Source of the DNA: a virus
Lineage: Duplodnaviria > Heunggongvirae > Uroviricota > Caudoviricetes
Strand: one strand, 5' to 3'
Virus record (IMG/VR): IMGVR_UViG_3300028833_000002
Length of the DNA stretch: 64,000 nt
In this document: in pieces, positions 49,699 to 58,570 of the stretch
Position numbering within the stretch: the stretch's first letter is position 1
How the letters are laid out: each line of letters starts with the position of its first letter
Notes under the pieces: model-generated
The model's database searches: none
The model's input: the letters and a program-made list of their open reading frames with translations, nothing else
Told to the model about the DNA's origin: nothing
Program-made: the position numbers and the translations under genes

Positions 49699-50469
49699 AT
49701 GACACTTAAAGAAAAAGCTACAAGATTTCTTAATGAAAAGGCATTTGACCTCTTTGAAATGCTCAAAACTACAGAGCTTACAAATGATGAACAGATTGGT
49801 TTAGTTGAATCATTTCAGTTCGAGAAAGCTGGTTATCACCCAGTTTGTGGTATGACTAAGGTTTGCTTTGTTTTTGATGATTTTGTAATCAAGACAAGTT
49901 TTGACTATAAGGTTATGTATCCACTTACTGGCGATGGTGTTTCAAAGAAAGTTATAGAACTCGAAGATGCTTGCGAAACAGAATATCTTGCATACAAAAA
50001 GGCTGTTGAGGAAGGTCTTGGCGACTTCTTCTTTGAAACAGATTATCTTGGTTGTGGTATCTACGTTCAGGAAAGATGTGAAGAATCACTTCAGGACGCT
50101 AGATATTCTAGAGATGAATTTGATTCTGCTACAAAAGAGTATAACGAATATGAAAAAGAGTGCGCAATTGATGCACTTGTAGATTCCATCCCAGAAGAAG
50201 AAGCTGAGATAGATGTTGACGAGTATACAACAGTTGGCGATTCTGTAAGATACGTTGACTCTTATCTTAAAGAAGACTGCGTGACAAACTTCATTCAGAC
50301 ATATGACAGTGGTTCAATGGTTAAACTTGCAAGATTCCTTTTTAATTATGACATCACTGACATTCACGATGGAAACGTTGGCTTCGATAAGGTTGGTAGA
50401 CTTAGAATTTTTGATTTTAGCGGTTTCTGCTCTTCTACAAGAGAGCTGGTGAAAGGAGTAAAGGCATGA
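49699..50469 (+). CDS. hypothetical protein
   Basis: A promoter copy lies upstream. Confidence 0.5.
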   Translation: MTLKEKATRFLNEKAFDLFEMLKTTELTNDEQIGLVESFQFEKAGYHPVCGMTKVCFVFDDFVIKTSFDYKVMYPLTGDGVSKKVIELEDACETEYLAYKKAVEEGLGDFFFETDYLGCGIYVQERCEESLQDARYSRDEFDSATKEYNEYEKECAIDALVDSIPEEEAEIDVDEYTTVGDSVRYVDSYLKEDCVTNFIQTYDSGSMVKLARFLFNYDITDIHDGNVGFDKVGRLRIFDFSGFCSSTRELVKGVKA

Positions 50470-50831
50470 TTTGGTTGATTTTAATGGGTATTACGATTGT
50501 GATAATGATTATTAGTTGTATCAAAACCAAATATTTATGGGCTTTTGTTCTAATATTGTTTGGTTTTGAACTTATAATAGCCGGACATGTTAGATATGAT
50601 GATAAGCCATCTGACATGAATGTGGTAGAAATAACGGCTAAACTTGAATGTGATTCGGATTATCTTAACGTTATGGGTTATACAGAAGCTGTTGAATATA
50701 ATAAACGAGTTGAAATGACACAGAAACTTAGTGATTCTGTATGGTTCGGCGCGATTGTTAGAGGAAAAGATAAAATGGCAGACCCAATACCTCTTGAAAA
50801 CTATAAAATTACCAAAAATTGTAAGGATTAA
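50466..50831 (+). CDS. membrane protein Confidence 0.45.
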   Translation: MIWLILMGITIVIMIISCIKTKYLWAFVLILFGFELIIAGHVRYDDKPSDMNVVEITAKLECDSDYLNVMGYTEAVEYNKRVEMTQKLSDSVWFGAIVRGKDKMADPIPLENYKITKNCKD

Positions 50832-50843
50832 GTTTCTTAACTC

Positions 50844-50872
50844 TTTACAAAATCTGAAATCTATGTTATAAT
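50844..50872 (+). promoter_or_regulatory. promoter family copy
   Basis: TTTACA-17-TATGTTATAAT. Confidence 0.55.
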
Positions 50873-50903
50873 AAATATAGAAAATAAAGAAAGGATGTTG
50901 TTT

Positions 50904-51449
50904 ATGGGACAGGAATTAATAGTTAACTTAGAATTTAAATCCGAAAAAACAAATAAGGTTAATGAGTTTCTTGTTTGCTATTGGAGAAAAGGTTGGAGCA
51001 TGACAGATAAAATCATGAGCACCTTTAAGAAGAGTAAACATAAGATTAGCGAAAGTGAAGATGGTCAGGAGATTGTTCTTCGTGCGAATAGCATTTATGA
51101 CCTTAGAGATTTGCTTTATAAGGAACTCGGTGATACCGAAGCTGATAGTTTCCAGCACTCTTTTTGGGGCGCATATAGATGTTATCAGCAGACCATTTCT
51201 CAGTTCGGAAATGTAAGTGCATGGATTCAGTTTTGGGAAAATCGTTTTAATGTGCTTGATGAACTTGAAAATGCTCAGGCCGATGGCGAATCTCCATGTT
51301 TTGATGGATGTTTTGACCCGGATGCCCTTAATGATATGTTTACACTTTATACAGATAGTGAAGCGACAGATAAGGAAAAGGAATTCATTTGGGTTCTTCA
51401 TCACCTTGATGAAATGGAAGTAACTTTAAAAATTGGAAATTATTTTTAA
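50904..51449 (+). CDS. hypothetical protein
   Basis: The second ATG is used. The first ATG lies inside the conserved leader. Confidence 0.5.
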   Translation: MGQELIVNLEFKSEKTNKVNEFLVCYWRKGWSMTDKIMSTFKKSKHKISESEDGQEIVLRANSIYDLRDLLYKELGDTEADSFQHSFWGAYRCYQQTISQFGNVSAWIQFWENRFNVLDELENAQADGESPCFDGCFDPDALNDMFTLYTDSEATDKEKEFIWVLHHLDEMEVTLKIGNYF

Positions 51450-51452
51450 GTC

Positions 51453-51481
51453 TTTACAAAAACAAAAAATTATGGTATAAT
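51453..51481 (+). promoter_or_regulatory. promoter family copy driving tRNA-Gln(UUG)
   Basis: TTTACA-17-TATGGTATAAT. Confidence 0.55.
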
Positions 51482-51518
51482 AGATATAGAAAGTGAGAGA
51501 GAAATCTCTCACAGATAC

Positions 51519-51591
51519 TGCTCCATAGTGGCAATTGGTAAAACAGCGGAATTTGACTCCGTATTTCCAGGTTCGAATCCTGGTGGGGCAA
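51519..51591 (+). tRNA. tRNA-Gln(UUG)
   Basis: The loop is atTTGac. U1:A72 is present. It has its own promoter at 51453. Confidence 0.65.
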
Positions 51592-51624
51592 TCGAATTTT
51601 TTAATTCAGAAAGGATTTTTAATT

Positions 51625-52035
51625 ATGGGTTATTACACAAATTTTCATATGACAGTAGCAAAGGTTATAGACGGAAGAACAGTAATTCTTGATAAAGAAG
51701 ATGCCGATTATGACAAAATCGCTTGTGCCTTTTATGACATTTGGGAATGTCCAAGTGAAGATGTTCGCAAATCAGAATGGTATCTTGATGAAGCAAGAGA
51801 ACTCTTTGAGGAAATTACCGTTGACGATAAGGAAGGCAAGTGGTATGAATATGAAGAAGATATGATTCGTCTTTCTAAGGAATTCCCGGACTTCACTTTT
51901 GTACTTGAAGGTCGTGGCGAAGAGCGTCCAGACTGGTGGGTAGGAAGTTGGGAAAATGGAATTGGTTCAGTTCACTATGCTAAAATTGTTGAGCCAGAGT
52001 GCCCAATTTGGTATAACCTCCATCCGGATTTCTAA
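51625..52035 (+). CDS. hypothetical protein
   Basis: ATG 51625 follows an AAAGGA ribosome-binding site. The track ORF start at 51535 lies inside tRNA-Gln. Confidence 0.5.
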   Translation: MGYYTNFHMTVAKVIDGRTVILDKEDADYDKIACAFYDIWECPSEDVRKSEWYLDEARELFEEITVDDKEGKWYEYEEDMIRLSKEFPDFTFVLEGRGEERPDWWVGSWENGIGSVHYAKIVEPECPIWYNLHPDF

Positions 52036-52048
52036 GAAACCTTAATTC

Positions 52049-52077
52049 TTTACAAATTCTAAAAATTATGTTATAAT
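52049..52077 (+). promoter_or_regulatory. promoter family copy
   Basis: TTTACA-17-TATGTTATAAT. Confidence 0.55.
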
Positions 52078-52101
52078 AATTATAGAAAATGAGAAAGGAA
52101 C

Positions 52102-52284
52102 TTGATTATGACAAGATGGAATGTAGTTAGAATAAATCCTGAAACAAAGGAAAGAATTCCTCTTCCTGCTTCTTACTCTGATAAGAAATATGCTGAGGAT
52201 TTAGCTAGAGCATTTAATTATGAATGGAAGCATCCTGAAACTGGTTTAGTTTTTAAACTTGAAGTTGAGAGCCGTGAAGTTTAA
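52102..52284 (+). CDS. small protein Confidence 0.4.
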   Translation: MIMTRWNVVRINPETKERIPLPASYSDKKYAEDLARAFNYEWKHPETGLVFKLEVESREV

Positions 52285-52287
52285 TTC

Positions 52288-52316
52288 TTTACAAATTCTA
52301 AATTTTATGGTATAAT
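52288..52316 (+). promoter_or_regulatory. promoter family copy driving the 52.4-53.6 kb tRNA island
   Basis: TTTACA-17-TATGGTATAAT. Confidence 0.55.
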
Positions 52317-52440
52317 AAATATAGAAATTGAGAAAAGAGTATTTCAAAACATTTGTGAAACTTCGGTCCGATTCCGGGGTAGAGTCGCTCTAAGGGGCGA
52401 ACTGCTGGTTGCAATACCAAAGTCAATTTCTTAAATATAT

Positions 52441-52512
52441 AGGTCTTTGGTGTAACGGGAGCATATTCGCCTCCAAAGCGATAAGGTGTGGGTTCAAATC
52501 CTACAGGACCTG
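52441..52512 (+). tRNA. tRNA-Trp(CCA)
   Basis: The loop is ctCCAaa. Confidence 0.6.
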
Positions 52513-52835
52513 TTAATCGTCGTAGGTTCAAGTCCTACCCCCAAAGAATAAAATCTCTGAGGGGACAATCGGAGAGACGAGAGGAGATAACCTCTATAAA
52601 AGAACCATGTTTGCCGACTACACGTTAATATAAGCCGGGAAATTCGCCATCAGCACCACCCATTAAGGTGGATGGACGTGGAAGTAATGGTCCACCTTGG
52701 CACCCAACGTGTCAAGTAGCCGAGAGAATAAATGGCGGAGTAACTCAGACGGCTCTGAGCACTATCTTGAAAATAGTTGGTACCGTGAAGAGCGGTATGG
52801 GGCTCGACACCTCACCTCACTTCGCCGCCAAATAA

Positions 52836-52906
52836 TGCTCCTTAGTGAAGCGGTAACACAGTAGGCCCTGACCCTATAATCGAAGGTTCGAATCCTTCAG
52901 GAGCAA
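52836..52906 (+). tRNA. tRNA-Gln(CUG)
   Basis: The loop is ccCTGac. U1:A72 is present. Confidence 0.6.
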
Positions 52907-52912
52907 TTAAAT

Positions 52913-52986
52913 GCCGTTGTAGCTCAGTTAGTAGTAGCGCGTGTCTGAAGAACACGAGGTCGAAGGTGCAATCCCTTCCGGCGGCA
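52913..52986 (+). tRNA. tRNA-Phe(GAA)
   Basis: The loop is ctGAAga. Confidence 0.65.
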
Positions 52987-53086
52987 CTTAAAGTAATTAT
53001 AAGGATAACCTAGAGTCCTCAGAGTGCGCACCAAGTTCAGAATAAGGTTTCGGTGAAGTCTGAATGTCCTTTGTAATTACTTAGTA

Positions 53087-53159
53087 TGCGACAGTGGCCT
53101 AATGGATAGGGCAGCATCCTTCTAAGATGTTTGGTGAAGGTTCGATTCCTTCCTGTCGC
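53087..53159 (+). tRNA. tRNA-Arg(UCU)
   Basis: The loop is ctTCTaa. Confidence 0.65.
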
Positions 53160-53165
53160 GTTTGA

Positions 53166-53255
53166 TGGTCACATAAGCCTAATGGTAAGGCAGTTGTTTG
53201 CTAAACAATGAGTAATCGGTTATTCCGGTGTTTAGGTTCAAGTCCTAATGTGACC
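53166..53255 (+). tRNA. tRNA-Ser(GCU), type II
   Basis: The loop is ttGCTaa. The variable arm is long. Confidence 0.65.
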
Positions 53256-53265
53256 GCTTTATAAA

Positions 53266-53339
53266 TGACGGTGTGGTGAAGTGGTTTAACGCGGCCGGCC
53301 GCAACCCGGTTATTCGTAGGTTCAAATCCTACCACCGCC
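53266..53339 (+). tRNA. tRNA-Cys(GCA) (tentative)
   Basis: The loop is ccGCAac. There is one acceptor mismatch. Confidence 0.5.
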
Positions 53340-53534
53340 TTATGGGTTCCTTATGATATACAGAGCTATATAGCTATTCATAAGGTTGGATAAAGTGTTA
53401 GATTATTAGCACCGAAAATAAAATTCGATATAAGCCGAAATGTATAATACTAGTCAAAGATTTCGGTGTGCCAGTTTCCAAAGAATTTTGTTAAGTCTTC
53501 GGACGGAACTTTTTAGGGTGAGGGGCACAATTAT

Positions 53535-53618
53535 CGGCGTGTGGCGGAATTGGCAGACGCGCCAGCCTAAGGAGCTGGTGTCCTTCGGGACGTGTGGGTT
53601 CGAGTCCCACCACGCCGA
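53535..53618 (+). tRNA. tRNA-Leu, type II, anticodon AAG as folded (A34 is unusual)
   Basis: The loop is ctAAGga. The variable arm is long. Confidence 0.55.
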
Positions 53619-53639
53619 CTTTATCTTGAAAACTTAATA

Positions 53640-54236
53640 AAAAGTATGTTGTAACCATGTGTTAAAATGAGGGACTAATCATCTCTGCATGGGCGCGGCG
53701 GAACGGCTGAGAGGTCGGGTCAAGGGATACCTTGACAGGGTTTCTTTTCTGATGTTGAAAGGCTGAGGAACAAGATGGTATACCAGCCATCAAGAGAGAA
53801 GTCGCGGCACAAGGACAACGTGAGTAATGGCACACCTAACCTGGTTGCTCCAACAATAGACGCTCTCTGTGAGAGAATAACCCCGTAGACCACATCCGCA
53901 AGATGTGAGTAAATGCTGGGAACGCAAAATAATGGAGTTGAGCCGAGAACGGCTTGAAAAAGCTGGAATAAACCCGATGGTGGTGCGAGTAGCCCAAGGC
54001 TTAGACTGGTTATTAGATTTCTATAATTTAAGGAAAATCTGAACGATGGGTGAAAGTTGGAGGTAAACAAATCCTCTCAGTGCTTTAGGTTCTTCGGAAC
54101 TGCGGTAAGAAGTTTTAGAGCGACGGCTTTAAGGCTCAGACTTATCGTCACTGTGGCTGAATAATACGTAGCGTTGTTTAAGTATGGCGAACAAAAACCA
54201 GCAATGTATTTTTTATTAGGTTTTCAAGATAGATAT
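53640..54236 (+). ncRNA. ~600-nt non-coding, GC-enriched, structured region inside the tRNA island (unknown RNA; candidate group-I-intron-like or Y-RNA-like element)
   Basis: Stops are dense in all three + frames. Many complementary segments are present (for example gggatacc...ggtataccagcc). The only ORF is a minus-strand one (53720-54070) with no ribosome-binding site. Confidence 0.3.
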
Positions 54237-54309
54237 GCCCTCATAGCTCAGTTGGCAGAGCACCGTCTTGATAAGGCGGGTGTCGAAGGTTCAATCCCTT
54301 CTGAGGGCA
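54237..54309 (+). tRNA. tRNA-Ile(GAU)
   Basis: The loop is ttGATaa. Confidence 0.7.
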
Positions 54310-54312
54310 CTG

Positions 54313-54393
54313 TGCCGGAGGCCGAATAGTGTAGTGGTTAGCACGCCAAGAGATACAGACTTGGAAACAGCGGTTCAAATCCGCTTTGGGTGG
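54313..54393 (+). ncRNA. tRNA-like element with canonical D- and T-arms, unpaired acceptor and a 9-nt anticodon-position loop
   Basis: tagtgtagtggttagcac and agcgg-ttcaaat-ccgct are present. I could not close an acceptor helix. Confidence 0.3.
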
Positions 54394-54791
54394 ACCGGAC
54401 TTAAAAGCGCTAGTCCAGTAAGTGCATTGCTGCCATATTAATGCTTAATATGGTTCGAGCCATAGAAATATGGTGAAAGTCCCTTTGATGATACAGCCAG
54501 AAGGGCGGAGAGCGAGTAAGTCTTATAGGTCGCGGCCTATAAGTACCGAGGACATGCAAAACTGATGTTATGGAATATCCCGGCACCGTGTTGTCGTTAG
54601 AGATGCATCAGGCTCACACACGGATATGTGCCTATAATTCAATGGTAGAATAGCGGTCTTTGTGAAAATAGTTTAATGTAAAACTTTGAACCGAATGGTT
54701 TGAAATATGAGTTCGATTCTCATTTTTCGCGCTAAACCGTCTATCCCAGTTCAACTCTGGGTGGGCGCACTTTGGAAAAATTTATAAAATA

Positions 54792-54820
54792 TTGACTTTT
54801 ACTAAAAACTATGTTATAAT
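54792..54820 (+). promoter_or_regulatory. promoter family copy (ahead of the candidate R-M pair)
   Basis: TTGACT-17-TATGTTATAAT followed by the leader. Confidence 0.6.
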
Positions 54821-54851
54821 ATATATAGAAAATCAAGAAAGGAAGATTTTA

Positions 54852-55382
54852 ATGGAAAGGCAAGCGCACGGATTCTCTTTTGAACAATATGCCACAAAGA
54901 AATATGGAATTGAATTAAACAGTGATTATACTGGAAAATGGGATGGCTTATATTGTGGAGAACCAATCTCAATTAAAATTGAGAAAAAGGGTAGCGATAT
55001 AGAAATGGCAGATATATTTAGAAACATGGATATAGATAGCAATTTCTATTTACTTGTTGGGTTTTGGGACGGAACAAAAGATAATGTCACTGATGAATTT
55101 TTGCTTCACGTTGACTGCAATGAATATGCAAGTTTGTTTAATAAGGAAATGAGTTATAAATTTAAAACCTTACTTAATAGTATTACCAATGACCACGGCG
55201 ATGATGAAAAATGGAAAAAAGAAATTTCAATCTTAAAAAGAGAATGGAAAGACTCTACTCCAAATCTTATTCGTCCACGTTTTAAGCGTGACCACAAGAC
55301 TCAAAAAAGAATACAGTGTGCGATTAATAATAAAGACTTTTATAATTATTTTATTCCAAAATATGAGGTGAACCAAATATGA
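54852..55382 (+). CDS. small PD-(D/E)xK-like protein (candidate restriction or nicking nuclease)
   Basis: ATG 54852 follows an AAAGGAAG ribosome-binding site. The segment WDGLY...IEKK fits D...ExK. It overlaps the MTase gene by 4 nt. Confidence 0.4.
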   Translation: MERQAHGFSFEQYATKKYGIELNSDYTGKWDGLYCGEPISIKIEKKGSDIEMADIFRNMDIDSNFYLLVGFWDGTKDNVTDEFLLHVDCNEYASLFNKEMSYKFKTLLNSITNDHGDDEKWKKEISILKREWKDSTPNLIRPRFKRDHKTQKRIQCAINNKDFYNYFIPKYEVNQI

Positions 55383-56200
55383 GTGGAGAGACCAAAAGTC
55401 TTGGTCAAAAAGATTTAGCAGACCGCTTTTATACGAAAGATTCAGTAGCCAAACAGTGTGTAGATTATTTAAACACATTGGTTGATACAACAAATGCCCA
55501 TTTTATAGAACCAAGTGCAGGGGCGGGAGCATTTTTACCTTATCTTAATAAATATGATGCTTTTGATATTCTTCCAGCCTCTGATAATATAATTAAGGCT
55601 GATTGGCTTAAACTTGATAAGACAAAATTGTATAGCGATGATTATCTAAACATAATCATTGGCAATCCGCCTTTTGGAGTCCAAGGCAATATGGCGATTA
55701 AATTTTTTAATGCGTCAAAAGAAGCGGACTATATTGCTTTTATACTTCCAAAATCTTTTAGAAAGCCTTCTATTCAAAATCAACTTGACCCTTATTTCAA
55801 GTTAATTGGAGAAATTGACATTCCCGAAAAAAGCTTTATCTTTAATGGAAAAGATTATGGTGTCAATTGCACTTTTCAAGTCTGGAAAAAGGAAGAGGTT
55901 CCTCGTAAAAAAGTAAAGGGGAAAATTGTTTCTAAATACTTTGATTTTACAAAAGACAAAAGTAAAGCAACTTGTTCAGTAAGAAGGGTTGGAGCTTCAG
56001 CCGGGAAAGCAAGTAAAAACTTAGAATATTCAGAACAAAGTAATTATTTTATAATCAATAAAACTTCAATGAATGATGAGGACTTCATTGATTTTCTTAA
56101 TAATCTTGCACACGAAAGGGCAGAAAATGCTGTTGGCCCCAAATCATTATCAAAAACTGAATTTATTGAAGACTTTGAAGCTTCTTATAACGGTTCGTAA
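55379..56200 (+). CDS. DNA N6-adenine (amino) methyltransferase
   Basis: Motif I is EPSAGAGAF. Motif IV is GNPPF. Confidence 0.65.
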   Translation: MSGETKSLGQKDLADRFYTKDSVAKQCVDYLNTLVDTTNAHFIEPSAGAGAFLPYLNKYDAFDILPASDNIIKADWLKLDKTKLYSDDYLNIIIGNPPFGVQGNMAIKFFNASKEADYIAFILPKSFRKPSIQNQLDPYFKLIGEIDIPEKSFIFNGKDYGVNCTFQVWKKEEVPRKKVKGKIVSKYFDFTKDKSKATCSVRRVGASAGKASKNLEYSEQSNYFIINKTSMNDEDFIDFLNNLAHERAENAVGPKSLSKTEFIEDFEASYNGS

Positions 56201-56229
56201 AAATTGCTTTTCCAAAAAATTAGGAAAAC

Positions 56230-56258
56230 TTGACTTTTTCCAAAACTTATGTTATAAT
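56230..56258 (+). promoter_or_regulatory. promoter family copy
   Basis: TTGACT-17-TATGTTATAAT. The leader is identical to the 54792 copy. Confidence 0.6.
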
Positions 56259-56289
56259 ATATATAGAAAATCAAGAAAGGAAGATTTTA

Positions 56290-56541
56290 ATGTATATTTC
56301 AGTACAGTTTAGAAACAAATTCAATGATTTTTCCGGCAAAGAGTATGATTTTGAAGTTGTCGGTGGCGTTCCTAAAATGGGTTCAGTTATCCGAATGGTT
56401 TCAGAAGACATGACTAAAAAGGTATGTAATGGCACGAGAGTTAAGGTTGTCGGTGTTAAAACCGTTTCTTCAACTTCTCAGGAAAGGGTAAGATGTATTT
56501 TGGCATCAATGAATGAGCCATCTATTAGTAAGGAGAGATAA
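56290..56541 (+). CDS. hypothetical protein
   Basis: ATG 56290 follows the leader. The track start lies inside the promoter. Confidence 0.45.
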   Translation: MYISVQFRNKFNDFSGKEYDFEVVGGVPKMGSVIRMVSEDMTKKVCNGTRVKVVGVKTVSSTSQERVRCILASMNEPSISKER

Positions 56542-56542
56542 T

Positions 56543-56872
56543 ATGTATTTAATAACTCTTGAATATATTGATTCTATTGGTTCTCCATTAGAAACTTATC
56601 TTTTCAGAAATCGCGGCGAAGCATGGAGATTTTTTAAGGATAAAATGCTTGAAATACTTACCGAGGAAATTCTCTATGGAGATACCGCAAACGATTGTGA
56701 CGGCGTTCGATTAAAGGATAATCTTGATGATGAAGTTTATTACCTTATTGGTAAGGATGGCGCAAGATTAGATATGTTACCAAAAGAGCTTGATGAAGAC
56801 TTTGGTTATATTGAATTCTATGTTTCAAATTACATTTCTATAATTATTAGAGATATAGAGTTTGAAGATTGA
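56543..56872 (+). CDS. hypothetical protein
   Basis: An AAGGAG ribosome-binding site is present. Confidence 0.45.
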   Translation: MYLITLEYIDSIGSPLETYLFRNRGEAWRFFKDKMLEILTEEILYGDTANDCDGVRLKDNLDDEVYYLIGKDGARLDMLPKELDEDFGYIEFYVSNYISIIIRDIEFED

Positions 56873-56885
56873 AAAAGTGAAAGAC

Positions 56886-56914
56886 TTTACAAAATCTGAA
56901 ATTTATGTTATAAT
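56886..56914 (+). promoter_or_regulatory. promoter family copy
   Basis: TTTACA-17-TATGTTATAAT followed by the leader. Confidence 0.55.
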
Positions 56915-56945
56915 AAATATAGAAAGTTAAGAGAGGAGAAAACAA

Positions 56946-57149
56946 ATGGAACAGATTTCTTGGGAAAAGGCAAAAGAGATTGTTGATGAAGTTTACGGTA
57001 GTGGCTGGAGTTTGGTTGATGAAGATGAGGACGAATTCATTTGTCCGGAATGCGAAGACCCAATTCTCAGAGAAGATTATCCAATCTTAGATTTTTGCCG
57101 CGAAAATAAGACATTCATTTGTCCGGTTTGTGAAAATGAAATCGGTTAA
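56946..57149 (+). CDS. zinc-ribbon protein
   Basis: CPECEDP...CPVCENE. Confidence 0.45.
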   Translation: MEQISWEKAKEIVDEVYGSGWSLVDEDEDEFICPECEDPILREDYPILDFCRENKTFICPVCENEIG

Positions 57150-57159
57150 AGTGAAAGGC

Positions 57160-57188
57160 TTGACTTTTCTTGAAAGTTATGTTATAAT
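57160..57188 (+). promoter_or_regulatory. promoter family copy (first of a tandem pair)
   Basis: TTGACT-17-TATGTTATAAT. Confidence 0.55.
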
Positions 57189-57243
57189 TAATACATAATA
57201 AATACAAAGAAAGTTCAAATCGAAAACTTAAAAAGTGAAAGGC

Positions 57244-57272
57244 TTGACTTTCTTTGAAGATTATGTTATAAT
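57244..57272 (+). promoter_or_regulatory. promoter family copy (second of the tandem pair; ahead of the GIY-YIG gene)
   Basis: TTGACT-17-TATGTTATAAT. Confidence 0.55.
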
Positions 57273-57320
57273 TAATACATAATAAATACAAAACAATAAA
57301 TAAAAAGGAGCTGATTAGTT

Positions 57321-57950
57321 TTGGCATACATTTATAAAATCACAAATCTTATCAATGGCAAACTTTATATAGGTAAAACTTATAATTCTATTTAGGAAAG
57401 ATTTAAAGAGCATTGTAAAGATAGTCAAAGAGAACGATGCGAAAAAAGACCTTTATATAGTGCCATGAGAAAATATGGAACTGAAAATTTCACAATAGAA
57501 TTAATTGAGGAAACTTCTGTTCCAGAGGAGAGAGAAAAATATTGGATTGAATATTATGGTTCTTTCAAAAATGGTTATAATGCAACAATAGGCGGTGACG
57601 GGAAACCTTATATAGATAGAGATTTGGTAGTTGCCACTTATAAAGCTACATTAAATCAGGCAGAGGTTGCAAGAATTATGAATATTTCTACTGATAGCGT
57701 TAGTTTAATTCTTAAAGAAAAAGATGTAGACACAATTCCCTCTACTCTAGTTAGCCAAAGAGTTAATGGTAAAGTTGTAAATCAATATTCTCTTGATGGT
57801 GAATATATACAATCTTTTCCGTCAGCTTTAGCGGCGGCAAGAGCTTTAGGGAAAATAACTCCAACATCTAAAGGTGCTTCTTCTCAAATCTCTTCAGTTT
57901 GTAGAGGTAAAAGGAAAAGTGCTTATGGATACAAGTGGAGTTGGGGATAA
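57321..57950 (+). CDS. GIY-YIG homing-endonuclease-like protein; TTG start; 1 in-frame TAG
   Basis: YIYKITNLINGKLYIGKT...R...E...N are present. An AAGGAG ribosome-binding site lies 11 nt before TTG 57321. The gene is next to the tRNA island. Confidence 0.55.
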
Positions 57951-58092
57951 ATTATTCCCAACAAATATACGGGGCGCGGGACTGCAAGGGGTGGTCATCT
58001 GTCTTGCAAACAGAAAATCAGCTGGATTCGATTTCCAGGCGCTCCACTTATCATCCGGCTTGGTGAAGCCTTTGAATTCACCGTCCTTTCTT

Positions 58093-58164
58093 GGCCCTAT
58101 CGTCTAGCGGTTAGGACGTCAGCTTTTCACGCTGAAAACCCCAGTTCGATTCTGGGTAGGGTCA
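58093..58164 (+). tRNA. tRNA-Glu(UUC)
   Basis: The loop is ttTTCac. Confidence 0.7.
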
Positions 58165-58253
58165 TCAGATTGAAGCAGACTTGACGCTTACTTCGTAAGT
58201 TTTTGGGTACTTATACAGAAAAAATCAGCGTCATACATATTCTCAATCTTTAT

Positions 58254-58327
58254 GGGAGATTAGCTCAGCTGGTCAGAGCGGAACCCTGTTAAGGTTACGG
58301 TCATAGGTTCAAATCCTATATCTCCCG
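58254..58327 (+). tRNA. tRNA-Asn(GUU)
   Basis: The loop is ctGTTaa. Confidence 0.6.
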
Positions 58328-58331
58328 CTAT

Positions 58332-58402
58332 GGTCTATTCGTTCAACGGTAGGACGGCCGACTGTCTATCGGCAGATAGGGGTTCGATTCCCCTATGGAC
58401 CG
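58332..58402 (+). tRNA. tRNA-Asp(GUC)
   Basis: The loop is ctGTCta. Confidence 0.65.
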
Positions 58403-58493
58403 CTTAGTATCCGATTCGTTACTTGGACGTATTCCAAGCCAATTCCACAAATTACGACGGACGGCTCTACTAATCCATTAATTTAATTTATAT

Positions 58494-58564
58494 AGAGGAT
58501 GTGGTGTAATGGGAGCATACTTCATTTGGGGTGAAGGGGAGCAGTTCAAATCTGACATCTTCTA
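58494..58564 (+). tRNA. tRNA-Pro(UGG)
   Basis: The loop is ttTGGgg. Confidence 0.6.
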
Positions 58565-58570
58565 TCGTAT

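Larger units (their letters stand above)
57139..57306 (+). repeat. tandem duplication (~84 bp x2) of a complete promoter unit
   Basis: aagtgaaaggcttgactttt...ttatgttataattaatacataataaatacaaa occurs twice. Confidence 0.6.

Noticed and set aside
52355-52440. Possible tRNA with a cgctCTAagggg loop
   Set aside because: There is no canonical T-loop (ttgcaat) and no acceptor pairing. It is probably leader sequence of the island transcript.
53720-54070. 116-aa minus-strand ORF in the tRNA island
   Set aside because: It is in a region with stops in all + frames, has no ribosome-binding site and is on the wrong strand for this genome. It is treated as non-coding structured DNA.
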